A stretch of 64,000 nucleotides of DNA. It comes from an uncultured Aliarcobacter sp. (lineage in GTDB: Bacteria; Campylobacterota; Campylobacteria; Campylobacterales; Arcobacteraceae). Below are positions 62,127 through 64,000 of the stretch, in pieces (positions within the stretch are counted from its first letter, which is position 1; each line of letters begins with the position of its first letter). The notes beneath the pieces were generated by a model that was not told where the DNA came from, searched no databases, and saw only the letters and a program-made list of their open reading frames with translations. The translations under genes and the position numbers were made by a program. The DNA lies in assembly GCA_963677435.1 (NCBI GenBank), contig OY781945.1, forward strand, positions 1,312,001 to 1,376,000, written 5' to 3'.

Positions 62127-62720
62127 ATGAGAGTAAAAATTTGTGGAATAACTAATCTACAAGATGCCCTTGATGCTATAAATGCAGGAGCAAATGCCTT
62201 AGGTTTTGTTTTTTATACAAATTCTCCACGATATATAACTCCCGTAAATGCAAAAGAAATTGTTGAAAAAATACCTCCTTTTATCCAAACAGTAGGGCTT
62301 TTTGTTAATGAAAATGAAACTTTTATAAATGAAGTTTGCAAAGAAGCAAAAATGCAACTAGCTCAAATAATTGATGATAATGATATATTAAATTATGAAT
62401 TATTAGAAGCTAAATATATTAAAGTAATAAGAGTAGAATCACAAAAAGATTTAAAAAATTTAAGTAAAGATTACTATTTAATTGATGCTTTTGTTGAAGG
62501 TTTTGGTGGTGAGGGTAAAAGAGTTGCGCTTGAATGGTTTGAAAATATTGATTGTTCGAAGTTTATTTTAGCTGGTGGTTTAAGTGCAAATAATTTAAAA
62601 GAGTTAAATGGTTTTGATTTTTATGGAGTTGATGTGAGTAGTGGAGTTGAAGAATCAAAGGGTAAAAAATCAAAACAGAAAATGATAGATTTTGTAAAAG
62701 AGGCAAATGAAATCAAATAA
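62127..62720 (+). CDS. trpF: Phosphoribosylanthranilate isomerase
   Basis: VKICGIT, SPRYI, LAGGL, GVDVSSGVE. Confidence 0.96.
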   Translation: MRVKICGITNLQDALDAINAGANALGFVFYTNSPRYITPVNAKEIVEKIPPFIQTVGLFVNENETFINEVCKEAKMQLAQIIDDNDILNYELLEAKYIKVIRVESQKDLKNLSKDYYLIDAFVEGFGGEGKRVALEWFENIDCSKFILAGGLSANNLKELNGFDFYGVDVSSGVEESKGKKSKQKMIDFVKEANEIK

Positions 62721-63528
62721 AAGGATAATTCCTAAACCACAATTTAAATTACAAAATATTTTAAATAGATTATTAAAAGAGCCAATTTTATATACAGAGT
62801 TTTTAGAACTATTAAAAATTGCAACTGATTCTTTTTATGAAACTCCTGAGCTTGAATTTGAATTACTTTTATCAAATGGATTACCATTAGAGTTTGATGG
62901 AGATTTTGTTTTTCTAAAGACTTCAAGAACAGTAATTAATGAACAAACTTTTTGTATTGTTGATATAGAAACAAATGGTGGAAGTGTAAAAAAAGGTCAT
63001 CAAATTATTGAACTGGGAGCCGTTAAATATAAAAATGGTGAAATTATTGATAAATTCGAATCTTTGGTTTTTGCAAAAGAGATTCCACCTTATGTTCAAG
63101 AAGTTACAAAAATAAATCCTAAAATGTTAGAATCAGCACCAAGACTTGAAAAAGTACTGCAAGAATTTAAGATTTTTTTAGAAGATGATGTTTTTATCGC
63201 ACATGATATAAAGTTTGATTACACATTTGTTTCTGATTCATTTGAAAAATTTAATTTAGGAAAACTTTTAAATAGAAAGATTTGTTCTATTGATTTAGCA
63301 AAAAGAACAATTGAATCAGAAAAATATGGTTTGAGTTTCTTAAAAGAGTTACTAAGTATAGAGATTGATAATCATCATAGAGCATATTATGATGCTCTGA
63401 CAACAACTGTCGTTTTTGAAAAAAGTTTATCAAATCTTGATAAAAAAGTAAAAACTGTAGAAGAGTTAATCACCTTTTCAAAAAGTGATAATGTAATAAA
63501 TAATCAAAATAAAAAAGAGAATAAATAA
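62707..63528 (+). CDS. DEDDh 3'-5' exonuclease (DnaQ-like)
   Basis: VDIETNG, IIELGAV, AH...FD, HHRAYYDA. Confidence 0.92.
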   Translation: MKSNKRIIPKPQFKLQNILNRLLKEPILYTEFLELLKIATDSFYETPELEFELLLSNGLPLEFDGDFVFLKTSRTVINEQTFCIVDIETNGGSVKKGHQIIELGAVKYKNGEIIDKFESLVFAKEIPPYVQEVTKINPKMLESAPRLEKVLQEFKIFLEDDVFIAHDIKFDYTFVSDSFEKFNLGKLLNRKICSIDLAKRTIESEKYGLSFLKELLSIEIDNHHRAYYDALTTTVVFEKSLSNLDKKVKTVEELITFSKSDNVINNQNKKENK

Positions 63529-63529
63529 G

Positions 63530-64000
63530 ATGTTTTCACAAGAAAATTATATTGAAGTTCTTAACTTTGCAGCTTTTGCTCATGGTGATCAAAAAACGCC
63601 AAAAGGCTTACCTTATCTTGTCCATATAACATGTGTAGCGATGGAAGTAATAAATGCTTGTGAAAAGTCATCTTTAGATGAAATAAAGGCTAATTTAGCA
63701 ATCTCTTGCGCTTTATTACATGATGTAATTGAAGATACAAATATTACTTATGATGAATTGTATATGAAATTCGGAGAAGATGTTGCAAATGGTGTTGAAG
63801 CTTTAACAAAAGATACAACATTAAATTCAAAACAAGCACAAATGAAAGATAGCATTGAGCGATTACTCACTCAACCTTATGAAGTTCAAATGGTTAAACT
63901 AGCTGATAGAATTACAAATTTACAAGTTCCACCAGAACATTGGGATAATGAAAAAATAAAAAATTATCAAAAAGAGGCAAGTTTGATTTTATCTTGTTTA
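63530..64000 (+). CDS. HD-domain protein of the RelA/SpoT hydrolase (small alarmone hydrolase/Mesh1-like) type; runs off the window end
   Basis: Not in the track: MFSQENY...AHGDQKTPKGLPYLVH...ALLHDVIEDT...LTKD...VKLADRITN. Confidence 0.88.
   Translation, partial: MFSQENYIEVLNFAAFAHGDQKTPKGLPYLVHITCVAMEVINACEKSSLDEIKANLAISCALLHDVIEDTNITYDELYMKFGEDVANGVEALTKDTTLNSKQAQMKDSIERLLTQPYEVQMVKLADRITNLQVPPEHWDNEKIKNYQKEASLILSCL

Overview
Very AT-rich chromosomal window from a Campylobacterota bacterium. The 16S V1 region and gene content point to Arcobacteraceae (Arcobacter/Aliarcobacter); the species cannot be fixed by eye. Most of it is housekeeping and signalling DNA: GGDEF/EAL proteins, several histidine kinases, an RND efflux operon with a divergent MarR, tesA-ybbAP, xth, eutBC-eat, pgi-galU-pmm/pgm, a complete rrn operon (16S-Ile-Ala-23S-5S), tRNA-Thr, upp/uraA, rpe-trpF. 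The main accessory feature is a ~6.1 kb element integrated in the 3' end of tRNA-Leu(UAA) (9774..15907) and bounded by an 18-bp perfect direct repeat. It carries a compact module: a putative ssDNA-binding protein, two hairpins resembling single- and double-strand origins, a Rep_trans rolling-circle initiator, an excisionase-like HTH and a tyrosine integrase. It also has two cargo genes of unknown function and no recognisable capsid or conjugation genes, so it looks like a minimal integrative rolling-circle element or phage satellite. Other points of interest: a BacNav-type channel with an unusual acidic TFEDWTD filter, two genes that appear to start at ATA, a 39-aa Cys-rich ORF missing from the track behind a Fur-like box, a catalytically degenerate M48 protease beside LemA, and palindromes built into the ends of convergent genes. 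All family calls come from motif recognition, not database searches.
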